Positions 35,396 to 44,974 of a DNA stretch of 64,000 nt are shown piece after piece; the stretch's first letter is position 1; every line of letters starts with the position of its first letter. Under the pieces are notes generated by a model. It had not been told where the DNA came from, made no database searches, and worked only from the letters and a program-made list of their open reading frames with translations. Origin of the DNA: Acidimicrobiaceae bacterium (GTDB lineage Bacteria > Actinomycetota > Acidimicrobiia > Acidimicrobiales > Ilumatobacteraceae); contig BGOG01000003.1 in assembly GCA_003569125.1 (NCBI GenBank), positions 49,315-113,314 on the forward strand. The letters run 5' to 3'. A program made the position numbers and the translations under genes.

Positions 35396-36254
35396 GACCT
35401 GGTAATTTTCTCCATTATTTGATGAACAGATTGCAAAGACGACGTCGGCTCGATCGACGAGAACACACTTGATTCTAGCGACGAATGGGCGATTGCATTA
35501 TCGCCGGCATCTTGTGCCAATTGACGAATCACATTAGATATCGGCGACTTGGCGTATTCTGCAATCACACAGGCCAAATCAAAAAAGAAATCTCATCTAC
35601 CGCCGAGAATTGAACGACCGGTTCACATTCGGTTACCAGCACGCGCTCGATCACATCGACCGCGGTGCCAACTGTGATTGGACTCAGTGCCATATCAGTA
35701 AATGCCGCAATTTTTTCGTTGGCTGAAAGTTTGTTGAACCAGTCAATGATTAATTCACTATGTTCAGAAATAACTTTTGCGAATCGCACGATCTTCACTG
35801 ATTCACCAAGCGAAAGCAGTTCTGTCTCGGCTTGCGCTTTCTGGCGGCCATATTCAGTCGTCGGGCTATGGGTCGACCTGATCTTTGTCAGCTCGGTCGA
35901 GCCATCAAAGACTCGGTTGCTCGAGATCAGAATAATTCTCGCAGAATTGGCAGAAAGAAGTTCTTTGGCAATCGCGACTTGCGCGTCAACATTGACCAAC
36001 GATGTCGTTTCTGGATTCATCCGACATGCTCGTATCGAACTCACTCCGGCTGACAAAACTACTGCGTCGAAGTCTCCGGCATCACTAATAGTTTTTACCG
36101 AATCTGAGATATTTTCTAAATTAAGCGCAAGCGTCGAGTCATTGTGTGCAGATGACTGACGAGAAGTGATGACCACATCGTGACCATTTCGAATCAAAGT
36201 CTTTTTCAGATCTGACCCAATGACTCCGGTGCCACCGACGATTAGCACTCTCAC
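35392..36254 (-). CDS. NAD(P)-dependent SDR epimerase/reductase (reading frame broken once)
   Basis: GTG start at 36252-36254 (GTGA overlap). VLIVGGTGVIGSDL is a Rossmann motif. ORFs 35565-36278 and 35392-35577 join as ...DEISFFDLACVIAEYAK... if the A6 run at 35581-35586 is one base short. Confidence 0.75.
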
Positions 36255-37123
36255 TTGATGTCCTCGATCGAGCACCATTCGGTATCACTGTCCGAGAATG
36301 GACCACTCTGCACTTCGATGAACACGGCCGAATCTGTGACGGTTCGAATCGTGCGAAAGACGCGAGCCGGAACTCTTATTGAACTTTGCGACGAAGGCTG
36401 ATCGGCACGTCGCTCGACATGGTGCACAATGTCGCCGAGAGTGCCGCCATGGTGCAAAGTGATTTCTAAGGCTCCACGCATCATGTGATATGAAACCGAC
36501 GAATCGTTATTCTGGCGCAACGGACCCGTGCTTATGGGCACCGCATGAATCATCAACATTTCTTGAATCACCTGTGACTGACTGTGATGCATGCAGAGTC
36601 GCGCTGTTTGCTGGCCGTTTGCGACGCTAAATGCACCAAGAAACGAGATCAACGCTTCTGTTGCTTCGACCGTCTCGGACTTCGCGAAAAATACCCGTGG
36701 ATTAACTTTCTTCAAATCGAAGTCTTTTACAAACTGCTGTTCAAGTTTTTCTAAACTGCCACGGTTAGTTCGTTCAACCTGCCCAATGATTTGATTCATT
36801 GCACTCGATATTGAGTTATCAATATTCTTATGCCACAAAGTCTCAATCGATGCCCATGCGAAGGGCAAGTTGGGCGCTCCCACATTTTCAACCGAACAAC
36901 AGATGTAATCAGTTTTTGGCAGGTCGGTGCTTGTTCGCAAACTAAAACGATCCACTTGCGAAACTTGAGTGATCGACTGTTTCTTCAGCCAGTTCTCGAG
37001 TTGGGTTTGTGAGCAATCCTCATCGACTTTTGGCAACGCCACCAGGTGCTCAGACGAGCCACTTTTGGCAACGACATGCTCGACCAAAATACGGCCAGAT
37101 TTATCGGTTGTTAAAACAAACAT
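36251..37123 (-). CDS. Two-domain protein: unknown N-terminal domain + WbuC-like cupin C-terminal domain
   Basis: 290 aa. From memory, the C-terminal ~130 aa (ARLCMHHSQSQVIQEMLMIH...SYHMMRGALEITLHH...FIEVQSGPF) resemble WbuC-family cupins of O-antigen clusters. I do not recognise the N-terminal ~150 aa. Confidence 0.45.
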   Translation of the reverse strand: MFVLTTDKSGRILVEHVVAKSGSSEHLVALPKVDEDCSQTQLENWLKKQSITQVSQVDRFSLRTSTDLPKTDYICCSVENVGAPNLPFAWASIETLWHKNIDNSISSAMNQIIGQVERTNRGSLEKLEQQFVKDFDLKKVNPRVFFAKSETVEATEALISFLGAFSVANGQQTARLCMHHSQSQVIQEMLMIHAVPISTGPLRQNNDSSVSYHMMRGALEITLHHGGTLGDIVHHVERRADQPSSQSSIRVPARVFRTIRTVTDSAVFIEVQSGPFSDSDTEWCSIEDIK

Positions 37124-37126
37124 TGA

Positions 37127-37792
37127 CTACTCAAAGTATATGAATTCGTAGTCGCCCGTATAACCAGTCTTTTCAAACATCCACAGCCACTCATCCAAAT
37201 CGAAGAACGTTTCACAGGTCAACGCCCAACACTGCAAATTAAATTGCTCAAGTTCATTTCTATAACTCTCCGAAGTCACATAATGAGACTTGCCAATGCG
37301 CTGAATCTCACGCAAACAATTCTCTAAATCAAATGCTCGTAAATTGTGTAGCAGTGTCAACGAAATCACCAGATCGAACTCTTTGTCTTTCCATTTGAAT
37401 TCACCTCGTGCGTCGTGAATTTGCACGTGCGGCTTGACAAGATCGGTCGTATGACTCAAACCGTGTTCTGAAATATCGGTGCCAACTACTTGCAGTTCTG
37501 GCTCAAGCAACAACAGTTCATGCAACAAAAAACCTTTACCGCATCCCAGATCTAAAATCTTTGAACCTGGTTTCAAGTTGTAGGTGTCAATCAAACTTTG
37601 GGCAACGGGTGTCCAATATCCCGCGCGATAGGCATAGCCGCCGTATCCATAGCGACGATCGCCATCCCAATAATCCGCACCGTATTGCTTGGCTTTGAGC
37701 ATGCAATGAACTTTGTCGTCGTTCATTCGCGCAAGATAATCGCGCTTCGTCGACTTGTGAAGGGGTGTTACGAATTCGCGCCAAACTCCCAT
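37127..37792 (-). CDS. Class I SAM-dependent methyltransferase
   Basis: 221 aa. SAM motif I is KILDLGCGKGFLLHEL, followed by DLVISLTLLHNL. Confidence 0.75.
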   Translation of the reverse strand: MGVWREFVTPLHKSTKRDYLARMNDDKVHCMLKAKQYGADYWDGDRRYGYGGYAYRAGYWTPVAQSLIDTYNLKPGSKILDLGCGKGFLLHELLLLEPELQVVGTDISEHGLSHTTDLVKPHVQIHDARGEFKWKDKEFDLVISLTLLHNLRAFDLENCLREIQRIGKSHYVTSESYRNELEQFNLQCWALTCETFFDLDEWLWMFEKTGYTGDYEFIYFE

Positions 37793-37795
37793 TGA

Positions 37796-38197
37796 TTAAA
37801 CTTCAACTTTTGAAATGCAGTGGTCAAGAGTCGTCTTAACCAACAGACATTGCTCGACCGAATCGATATCTGATGGCTTCGTAATCGACATTCCTTCGAC
37901 CGCAAAATGTAGAGATTTTCCCGATTTAAGAGCGCGTGAATAAACAGAACTTCGCTGTTTTGATTGCGTTGGCAGTTGATAGAGACTATAAAACACGACT
38001 CCGTCGACGCTATCTAGATCGTCTAATACTGACTCTAAAATCATCGATGAGTCAGGCATTGCATACTCTGTTGCCGCAAGCAACAGTTCAAAACCTTTTT
38101 TATTGCAATAGTCACGCAAAATAATATTTTGCACATGCTGTGGCGCTCTCTCGCCCATAAACGGGCGAGCAAAAATGTAGCCCCGTAATTTTTTCAT
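37796..38197 (-). CDS. Small conserved hypothetical protein of carbohydrate clusters
   Basis: 133 aa and soluble. MKKLRGYIFARPFMGERAPQHVQNIILRDYC... From memory it resembles the 'sporadic carbohydrate cluster protein, LIC12192 family'. There is no catalytic motif I can name. Confidence 0.4.
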   Translation of the reverse strand: MKKLRGYIFARPFMGERAPQHVQNIILRDYCNKKGFELLLAATEYAMPDSSMILESVLDDLDSVDGVVFYSLYQLPTQSKQRSSVYSRALKSGKSLHFAVEGMSITKPSDIDSVEQCLLVKTTLDHCISKVEV

Positions 38198-38990
38198 GAG
38201 ATTTTTGGAAGTTCGTATGACATGCCACGCCGAGATGCAGGACGCAATGTAATCGGCTCAAAAAATTCTCCAGGCTTCTTGTCGCCATACGGCGTGAACA
38301 CTCCCTTGAATCGGCAATTCATCGACCAGCGAGTTTCAGTTTCTTCGTTTAGACGATTGCCATGTGGAAGCGACTGATCAAAAACCAATACCTGACCACT
38401 TTTGACTTCGAGCCATTTGACCTCGGTTTTGATTGAGTCGAAAATAGATTCGCTGCTACTTCCACCACGCTTGCTGAACTCATCTGAAAATTTTGCAGAC
38501 TCGATTGGAGGCAAAAGGTACATCGCCTTCGTCCCGAAACAATCAACTAAAGGCAACCAAACCACGACTTCAAACGGTGAGTCTCCCGACCACGTGTCTG
38601 CGTGTACCGGCAACAATGAACTCGTGTCGTTCGGCATTTGAATGCTCAAGTTGATGCGTTGCTGCATTGCGAGTTCATTGCCGACGATTGCTTCTAATAA
38701 GGTTTCGCTAATCGAAAGTACATCAACCGAAATTCTGCGAGTGCGTTCAGACCTTGAATGACTTTTAATCTGAAGTCATTAAGTTTTGATGGTTCGACAA
38801 GATTATGAATTTCATTCAAAAACTTTTCGCTGTCAGCTGGTTGCTCAATGCCCAGGGCACCTGCCGCGACACTGGCTGCATTCTGCTGAATCCATTTATA
38901 CGCTTCGTTGTCGGCGTTTGGTCTGATTATGTAACCAAATTTCAAATATTCGTCGGCAATCGCGAGATCTTCATCTGAGGTGAATACCAC
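38194..38990 (-). CDS. PhyH-like 2OG-Fe(II) oxygenase (reading frame broken once)
   Basis: ORFs 38694-39050 and 38194-38667. Candidate HxD...H triad: LPVHADTW and LPHGN. The frames join as ...RLAKPYLEAIVGNELAMQQRINL... if one base is added at 38696-38700. The start is probably GTG 38988-38990, just after the transketolase stop. Confidence 0.6.
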
Positions 38991-38992
38991 AA

Positions 38993-39919
38993 CTAGCCTC
39001 GAATCTTTTTCATCATCGCACCTACCAAGGTATCCGACGTGATTCCCCAATGCTTCAACAGCGAATTTTGACTGCCATACTCAGTTGCAAATTTGTCAGG
39101 TATGCCTACTCGGGCAATCTTTGGCAATAACTCTGGACGAAGGTCACTGCATGTTTCGAGTAGTGCCGAACCAAGACCGCCGTTAATGATGTGCTCTTCA
39201 ACTGTGACAACTGCTTTCACATTTTCGATCGCAGAAATCACACCAGCGGCGTCAAACGGTTTGATCGTATGCATGTGGACCACACCGACATCAACACCGT
39301 CACGTTTCAACAAGTCTGAGGTCTCCAACGCAAGTTGCGTCATCACACCAGTCGTAACGAACATGCCGTCAGTGCCGCTTCGCATCAAAATTGATTTGCC
39401 TAGTTCAAAACCATTTTTTTCTTCACTTACAATCTTGTCTCCACCTTTGCCGAGACGAATATAAATCGGGTGCGGCCACTCAAGAGTCGACATCATTAAT
39501 CGGTTCATTTCATCGGCGTCGCAAGGTGCGACCACTGCCATATTCGGCAGTGCCCGCATAATTGCAATATCTTCGATAGCCAAATGTGTCGGCCCGAGTG
39601 GTGCATAAACTCCACCGCCACCATTGGCGATAAGGCGAACCGGTAAATCATGGATACAAAGATCTACCGCAACTTGTTCGTAACAACGCCGAGTAAGAAA
39701 AGTCGCAATGGTATTGACATACGGAACAAAACCTTCCATTGCCAGACCCGCCGCCATGCCGACGATGTATTGCTCACTGACACCTTCCATAAAAAATCTT
39801 TGCGGAAATTCGGTTTTCATTTTGTCGAGCACACCGGGCCCGAGATCAGAGCCGACGAAGACAACCCGTTCGTCGAGTTTGGCTAGTTTGTAGACACAAT
39901 CAAGTGCAGTTTTACGCAT
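38993..39919 (-). CDS. Transketolase, C-terminal (Pyr/C-terminal domain) subunit
   Basis: 308 aa. RFFMEGVSEQYIVGMAAGLAMEGFVPYVNTIATF...TVEEH. Typical of split transketolases. Confidence 0.85.
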   Translation of the reverse strand: MRKTALDCVYKLAKLDERVVFVGSDLGPGVLDKMKTEFPQRFFMEGVSEQYIVGMAAGLAMEGFVPYVNTIATFLTRRCYEQVAVDLCIHDLPVRLIANGGGGVYAPLGPTHLAIEDIAIMRALPNMAVVAPCDADEMNRLMMSTLEWPHPIYIRLGKGGDKIVSEEKNGFELGKSILMRSGTDGMFVTTGVMTQLALETSDLLKRDGVDVGVVHMHTIKPFDAAGVISAIENVKAVVTVEEHIINGGLGSALLETCSDLRPELLPKIARVGIPDKFATEYGSQNSLLKHWGITSDTLVGAMMKKIRG

Positions 39920-39964
39920 TTGCGATCACCATTTTCAAAGTTGCATTGTCGTGCAAGAGTTTCA

Positions 39965-40768
39965 TCAGAGGCAGTCGTACATCTGTTGAATATCGGTCTC
40001 GGTCATTCCAGATTTGTGATGCCACTCGGGGTTTCCCTCAGCAAACGGAAAACCCTTTCCTTTGATCGTGTGGCAAATTATCGCCGATGGCGCGTTGTTC
40101 GAAAATGGCAGTTTTTTAAGAATTGCTTCGAGGGCCGCGACATCGTGACCGTCAACTTCGTGTGTGACAAAACCAAAACTCTTGAACTTGTCGACAAGCG
40201 GTTCGAGATCCAATACTTCAGAGGTCTTGCCATAACTCTGCAACTTGTTGTAATCAACCATCACGGTCAGATTTGACAGTTTGTGTTTCGATGCTGCCAT
40301 GCCCGCCTCCCAATTGGAGCCCTCATTTATTTCGCCATCACCCGTTAAAACGAAAACTCGGCTGTTGCGTTTTTGCAAGCGCATCGCAAGTGCGAGCCCA
40401 ACTGCGATCGGTACGCCATGACCGAGCGCACCAGTTGACGCTTCAACTCCTGGCACTTTGCCACGCTCAGGGTGGCCACCAAGTCGTGATGTTGGCCGAC
40501 AAAAACTCTCGAGTTCACTGATCGGAAAAAACCCTTTATCGGCCAAAATCGCATAAAGAGCGAGACAGCCGTGACCTTTACTCAATACGAAACGATCTCG
40601 GTCAGTCGATTCTGGATGTTTCGGATCATATTTGAGCACCGAGTCGTATAGCACTCGCAAAATTTCGATCATCGACATTGACGACCCGAGATGACCCCGC
40701 CCGCCGCCACGCATCGCGTCAATGACATATCTGCGCAATAATTTTGATCGGTCATCCATCTGCATCAC
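39965..40768 (-). CDS. Transketolase, N-terminal (ThDP-binding) subunit
   Basis: 267 aa. GGHLGSSMSMIEILRVLY, LSKGHGCLALYAIL, GDGEINEGSNWEA. Confidence 0.85.
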   Translation of the reverse strand: MMQMDDRSKLLRRYVIDAMRGGGRGHLGSSMSMIEILRVLYDSVLKYDPKHPESTDRDRFVLSKGHGCLALYAILADKGFFPISELESFCRPTSRLGGHPERGKVPGVEASTGALGHGVPIAVGLALAMRLQKRNSRVFVLTGDGEINEGSNWEAGMAASKHKLSNLTVMVDYNKLQSYGKTSEVLDLEPLVDKFKSFGFVTHEVDGHDVAALEAILKKLPFSNNAPSAIICHTIKGKGFPFAEGNPEWHHKSGMTETDIQQMYDCL

Positions 40769-42392
40769 AAAACTGTCCGATCGGCATTCTTCAACATCAA
40801 CTTTGCTTTCTCTAATTGCTTCAACTGTGCACCACGAATATCAGATTGCATTCTACTCTGCGCATTCAAACGGTTCTTTATCTTGTCGGTTCTGTATTCA
40901 TTCAACAGAATCAACGCCCATCTAATTGCGTACAACGGGTAGAGAGCATTTAATCTCAGACCGAAATTTGGATCTTCAGCGAACAGTTTTTTGGCCTCGC
41001 TGATCCAATATTGCTGTGCATTTTCGTCCAGCGACATTCCCGGATGCAGGCAAACATCCGCGGTCAATTTGACGGGATCATCCCATCCAAAATATTCAAA
41101 ATCAAAAAACACAAGATCATTTTGTGGTGTTGCGATTGCATTATGCAGGCCAAAATCAGAGGGGCTCAAGGTCCAAAATTTCGAATCAAGAATTGCTTCG
41201 TAGTCATCAGCCATTGAACGGCGAGTGCGATCGATGGTTCTCGCCAAAGCCGATGCAAGATCGTTGTCAATGAACTCGCGCAAAGCAGAATCTTCGACCG
41301 ACTTGAGCGCGACAAGGCGATTGTTAATCTGAATTTCAATCAATGCCGGATTCAAACACGCTTCTGTCGCCTGCCCAAAAATACTTCGGGGTTCAATCGC
41401 CCGACTGGCGCGATGAAGTTTTTGGATAAAACCCACGGCCTGATCAAGATGGGTTTGTATTTGTGGATCGGCTGGTGAACCGTCTATCCACTCGATTAGC
41501 GACCAGTTGAGTTCTGAGTCAGTTTGCACCGGTTTGGGAACCCGTAATTTATTTTGCTGAAGAAATTGCAACGCCTGCCACTCAGCGTTGCGCCGCAAGC
41601 GATTATCAACTGCCAAGTCGGGGTAGACCTTGAGCGCGATTGAACCCTGATTAGTTTCAACTCGAAAAATTTTACTGTTGCCCCGGCCTTCAACACGTTG
41701 TGCGGATGAGCAATTCAACTCTGGGCAAACACTTTTCGCGCCGGCCAAGATGACGCTTGAATCAATCTCACCGAACAGTTCGTCACCAACTTCACGCCAA
41801 GACTGCATCGGTAGCATCTCCGGATTTGTCGTGGTCACCGAACCAAACAGAATCTTTCTTGTTTTTTTCGGAAATGATTTGTCGCTCAAAACTTCATCTA
41901 GGTCATCAATGAATACATCAAGTTGAAGTTCGACAATTTTATTAATTTTCTCTTCACGAGTTTCTGCATAAAAACATTCTGCAATTTAATTCTTGAGTCA
42001 GAGTCTCCAACAAGTTTTTGGTTGATCAGCCATGCTGTGGCGGCATCACGAAGAGGCGTACGAGATTCGTCGAAGTGACCGAGTTGCGTTTTGTGGCTGA
42101 CTATGAAAATTTGGTTGCCACTGGTCAACGCCCGCAACACGAACTCGTATACACCCGGATACATAGACGCAAGATCGATGAACTTGCCATACACCAAACC
42201 CTGAACTTTTTGCCAGGCGATGTCACCTTCGGGCTGTCCGAGTAGTTCAAGTTTTAAATCACGCTTCGTTTGCGTCTTGTTCAGCGCGTTTAGAGTCTTG
42301 CTTTCGTATCCGAGAATTCGTGCAACTTCTGGAAACGCTTGGTCGTAATTAGCAATCGTGTTATCAAAATCGAGGCCGATCCTCAATATCAC
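40765..42392 (-). CDS. Probable fusion of a HAD-superfamily phosphatase domain and an APH/choline-kinase-fold kinase domain (reading frame broken once)
   Basis: ORF 41898-42392 has HAD motif I (LDFDNTI) but lacks motif IV. Adding one base at the A5 run 41970-41974 gives ...NVFYAETREEKINKIVELQLDVFIDDLDEVLSDKSFPKK... That reading restores a FIDD motif and runs without a stop into ORF 40765-41889. That ORF starts only at an in-frame TTG and carries kinase motifs SDFGLHNAI and FFDFEYFGWDD. Confidence 0.6.
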
Positions 42393-43372
42393 GCCAACTT
42401 TTCGGATTGAATTCGCTTGATGTTGAAATATTTGTCGTCGGTCAACGAGTTTGGCAACAAGCCACCCTCAAGTGCATTCTTCATGTCGACAATTGCATCT
42501 CTAATCGTGTGCTGTGGCACGAAACCAAGGGTTTTAGAAATCTTTTGGGATGAAATATGGTACGAGCGGTTGTCGTCAGATGGTGACGTCACAAGCTCAA
42601 CATCATCACCCATTACATCACGCACCGAAAGTGCGAGTTCTTCGACGCTTTGATTTTCGTAACCTGCATTGAATATTTCACCGGCGATCAACTCTTTCGG
42701 CGCGTTCAGCAACACGACATACGCTTCGACCATGTCGGCGATATGAATATTCGGTCGAAGTTGCTGACCACCAAATACGGTAATTTTTCGCTTGTGAAAA
42801 GCCAGATTTGAAAGAATATTGACAACCACGTCAAGTCGTTGCCGACGAGAGTATCCGCAAACCGTGGCTGGGCGAATTGTCACGGTCGTGAATTCTGGTG
42901 ACTGATATTCGTTGATAATTTTTTCACAGTCGGCTTTGAACTTCGAATAATCGGTCAACGGCTCGAGCGACATATCTTCCGAAACGTTCGGCTCACTTTT
43001 CACGCCATAAACGGACGACGATGACGCATATATGAAGCGACTGACGCCACTTGCTTTGCTGATCTCAACCAATGGCCTAAAGGCATCAAGATTTATCGAA
43101 CGACCGAGTTCAGGGTCTAAGTCAACACTTGGGTCATTCGAAATACATGCCAAGTGAATTACAACATCATGTCCGGGAATTTCGGCTTTCAATAATTTCT
43201 GATCTCGAATATCGCCCTTGACCATTTTTAGATTTGGGTGAGAGTCAATTACATCGTCGCCGAACCACATCAAATCAATCACCGTCACCGAGTGACCATC
43301 TTTGAGCAATCGTGGCACCAACATTGAGCCCACATATCCGGCGCCGCCGGTGATAAATATTTTATTTGTCAT
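42389..43372 (-). CDS. NAD-dependent sugar epimerase/dehydratase (extended SDR)
   Basis: Start set to ATG 43370-43372 (MTNKIFITGGAGYVGS). The YxxxK motif is present (YSKFK). Confidence 0.85.
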   Translation of the reverse strand: MTNKIFITGGAGYVGSMLVPRLLKDGHSVTVIDLMWFGDDVIDSHPNLKMVKGDIRDQKLLKAEIPGHDVVIHLACISNDPSVDLDPELGRSINLDAFRPLVEISKASGVSRFIYASSSSVYGVKSEPNVSEDMSLEPLTDYSKFKADCEKIINEYQSPEFTTVTIRPATVCGYSRRQRLDVVVNILSNLAFHKRKITVFGGQQLRPNIHIADMVEAYVVLLNAPKELIAGEIFNAGYENQSVEELALSVRDVMGDDVELVTSPSDDNRSYHISSQKISKTLGFVPQHTIRDAIVDMKNALEGGLLPNSLTDDKYFNIKRIQSEKLA

Positions 43373-44354
43373 TGCTACCAAGATACTTGAACCAGTCTTG
43401 TGTCGCCGTCGCAATCGTCGCTGGTGTCCAGACGGGTGCCGACTTCCAATAATCAATATTCGCCAACACATTGTCGACACCCTGCTTGATATCGACTTTT
43501 GGCTGCCATTTCAAATCTCGGCGAATCTTCGTGATGTCGGCGTATGTGCAGTCTGGCTCACCAGGACGTTTGGGAATATAGGTGACCTCACCACCAAGAA
43601 GTTCGACCAGTCGATTCACGGAGACTGTTTCACCGCTACCCACATTAAAAATTTCTGCGCATGCCGAACTTTGTGCCGCGGTCAAAAAAGCGTTGGCGAC
43701 ATCAGTTACATACGTGAAATCTCTCGTTTGCGTACCATCGCCAACAACGGTGAATGGTTTGTTCGCTAATTTTTGTGCAAGAAAAACGCCTAATACGGCT
43801 CCATAGGTGCCAGAAGTTCGTGATCGCGGACCGTAGACATTGAATAATCTCAACGCGATGGCTGGCAAGTTATACAACTGCGCCCAGTGCATCACCAACT
43901 CTTCACCAAGTCGTTTTGTGAGTGCATACGGATATTGCGGCGAAATGTCGGCTGCTTCTGATGTCGGATATTTTTCTGGAATCCCATAACACGACGACGA
44001 AGCAGCATAAACGAATCGCTTCACACCGGCATTTTTCGCCGCTTCCAAAACATTGAACGTGCCGTCGACATTGGCTTGAAAATAATCCGTGGGTCGTTGA
44101 ATACTCGGCACGATGTCGGCAAGCGCGCCAAGGTGAAACACCCAATCGACATCTTGAAAAAGTTTTTGCCAACTACCCGACTTTGCAAAATCAGCTTCGA
44201 CCAAATCGACTTGACCGGCAACATGTGCGAGATTTTCGGGGCGACCAGTCGAGTAATTGTCGATTACGCGAACTGAAATGTTTTCGGCGAGTAAAGCATC
44301 TACCAGGTGGCTACCGATGAAGCCTGCGCCACCAGTAACTATTGCTGTCGTCAC
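43362..44354 (-). CDS. NAD-dependent nucleotide-sugar epimerase/dehydratase (extended SDR)
   Basis: 330 aa. IVTGGAGFIGSHLVDALL, YALTK (YxxxK), GDGTQTRDFTYVTDV. Confidence 0.85.
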   Translation of the reverse strand: MTTAIVTGGAGFIGSHLVDALLAENISVRVIDNYSTGRPENLAHVAGQVDLVEADFAKSGSWQKLFQDVDWVFHLGALADIVPSIQRPTDYFQANVDGTFNVLEAAKNAGVKRFVYAASSSCYGIPEKYPTSEAADISPQYPYALTKRLGEELVMHWAQLYNLPAIALRLFNVYGPRSRTSGTYGAVLGVFLAQKLANKPFTVVGDGTQTRDFTYVTDVANAFLTAAQSSACAEIFNVGSGETVSVNRLVELLGGEVTYIPKRPGEPDCTYADITKIRRDLKWQPKVDIKQGVDNVLANIDYWKSAPVWTPATIATATQDWFKYLGSNDK

Positions 44355-44370
44355 GATATTTCTCGACTGT

Positions 44371-44940
44371 CTACTTGGCGCTATTGGCGCTATCGCAAAG
44401 CCACTGCATGATCATGTGGCCGATAATTAGTTGCAAATCTTCGGCGATCTGCATGTCGTTAATTGCGAAATGCAACGGATGTTTCGCGATGTCTTTGCAT
44501 TTGCCACCAGAAAATCCAAGAATTGCAAAAGTTTCCATACCGAGTTTGTTGCCCATCTCTAGGGCGCGAACTATGTTCGGCGAATTACCGCTACCCGAAA
44601 ACACGAGCAACACGTCACCAGAGTTTGCTTTTACACGAAGTTGTTCGGCGTAAACCTCTTCGTATCCGATGTCGTTGGCAAGACATGTCAGAACTGCCGG
44701 GTTTGCCGCGAGAGATTCGATCCGCAAACCGATACCACGAGTTAGACCTGCTCCATAAATGAAGTCATTGGCCAGGTGAATCGCGTTTCCGGCGCTACCG
44801 CCGTTGCCGCAGAGATAAATCGTCTTCTTCGTATCCCACGCCTGTTTGAAGGCCGCTGCAAGATCAGGAACCTTGTTGATTGCCGGAAGCGTAAGCGCAC
44901 CAGCGAGTCGTGCCGAATAGTCAGTGATGTGTTGTTGCAT
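44371..44940 (-). CDS. gmhA: SIS-domain phosphoheptose isomerase
   Basis: 189 aa. IYLCGNGGSAGNAIHLANDF, VLLVFSGSGNSPNIV and a C-terminal IGHMIMQWLC resemble GmhA. Confidence 0.8.
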   Translation of the reverse strand: MQQHITDYSARLAGALTLPAINKVPDLAAAFKQAWDTKKTIYLCGNGGSAGNAIHLANDFIYGAGLTRGIGLRIESLAANPAVLTCLANDIGYEEVYAEQLRVKANSGDVLLVFSGSGNSPNIVRALEMGNKLGMETFAILGFSGGKCKDIAKHPLHFAINDMQIAEDLQLIIGHMIMQWLCDSANSAK

Positions 44941-44974
44941 GATCGTTACCCGTTCAAAATTAAGTTATTTGATC

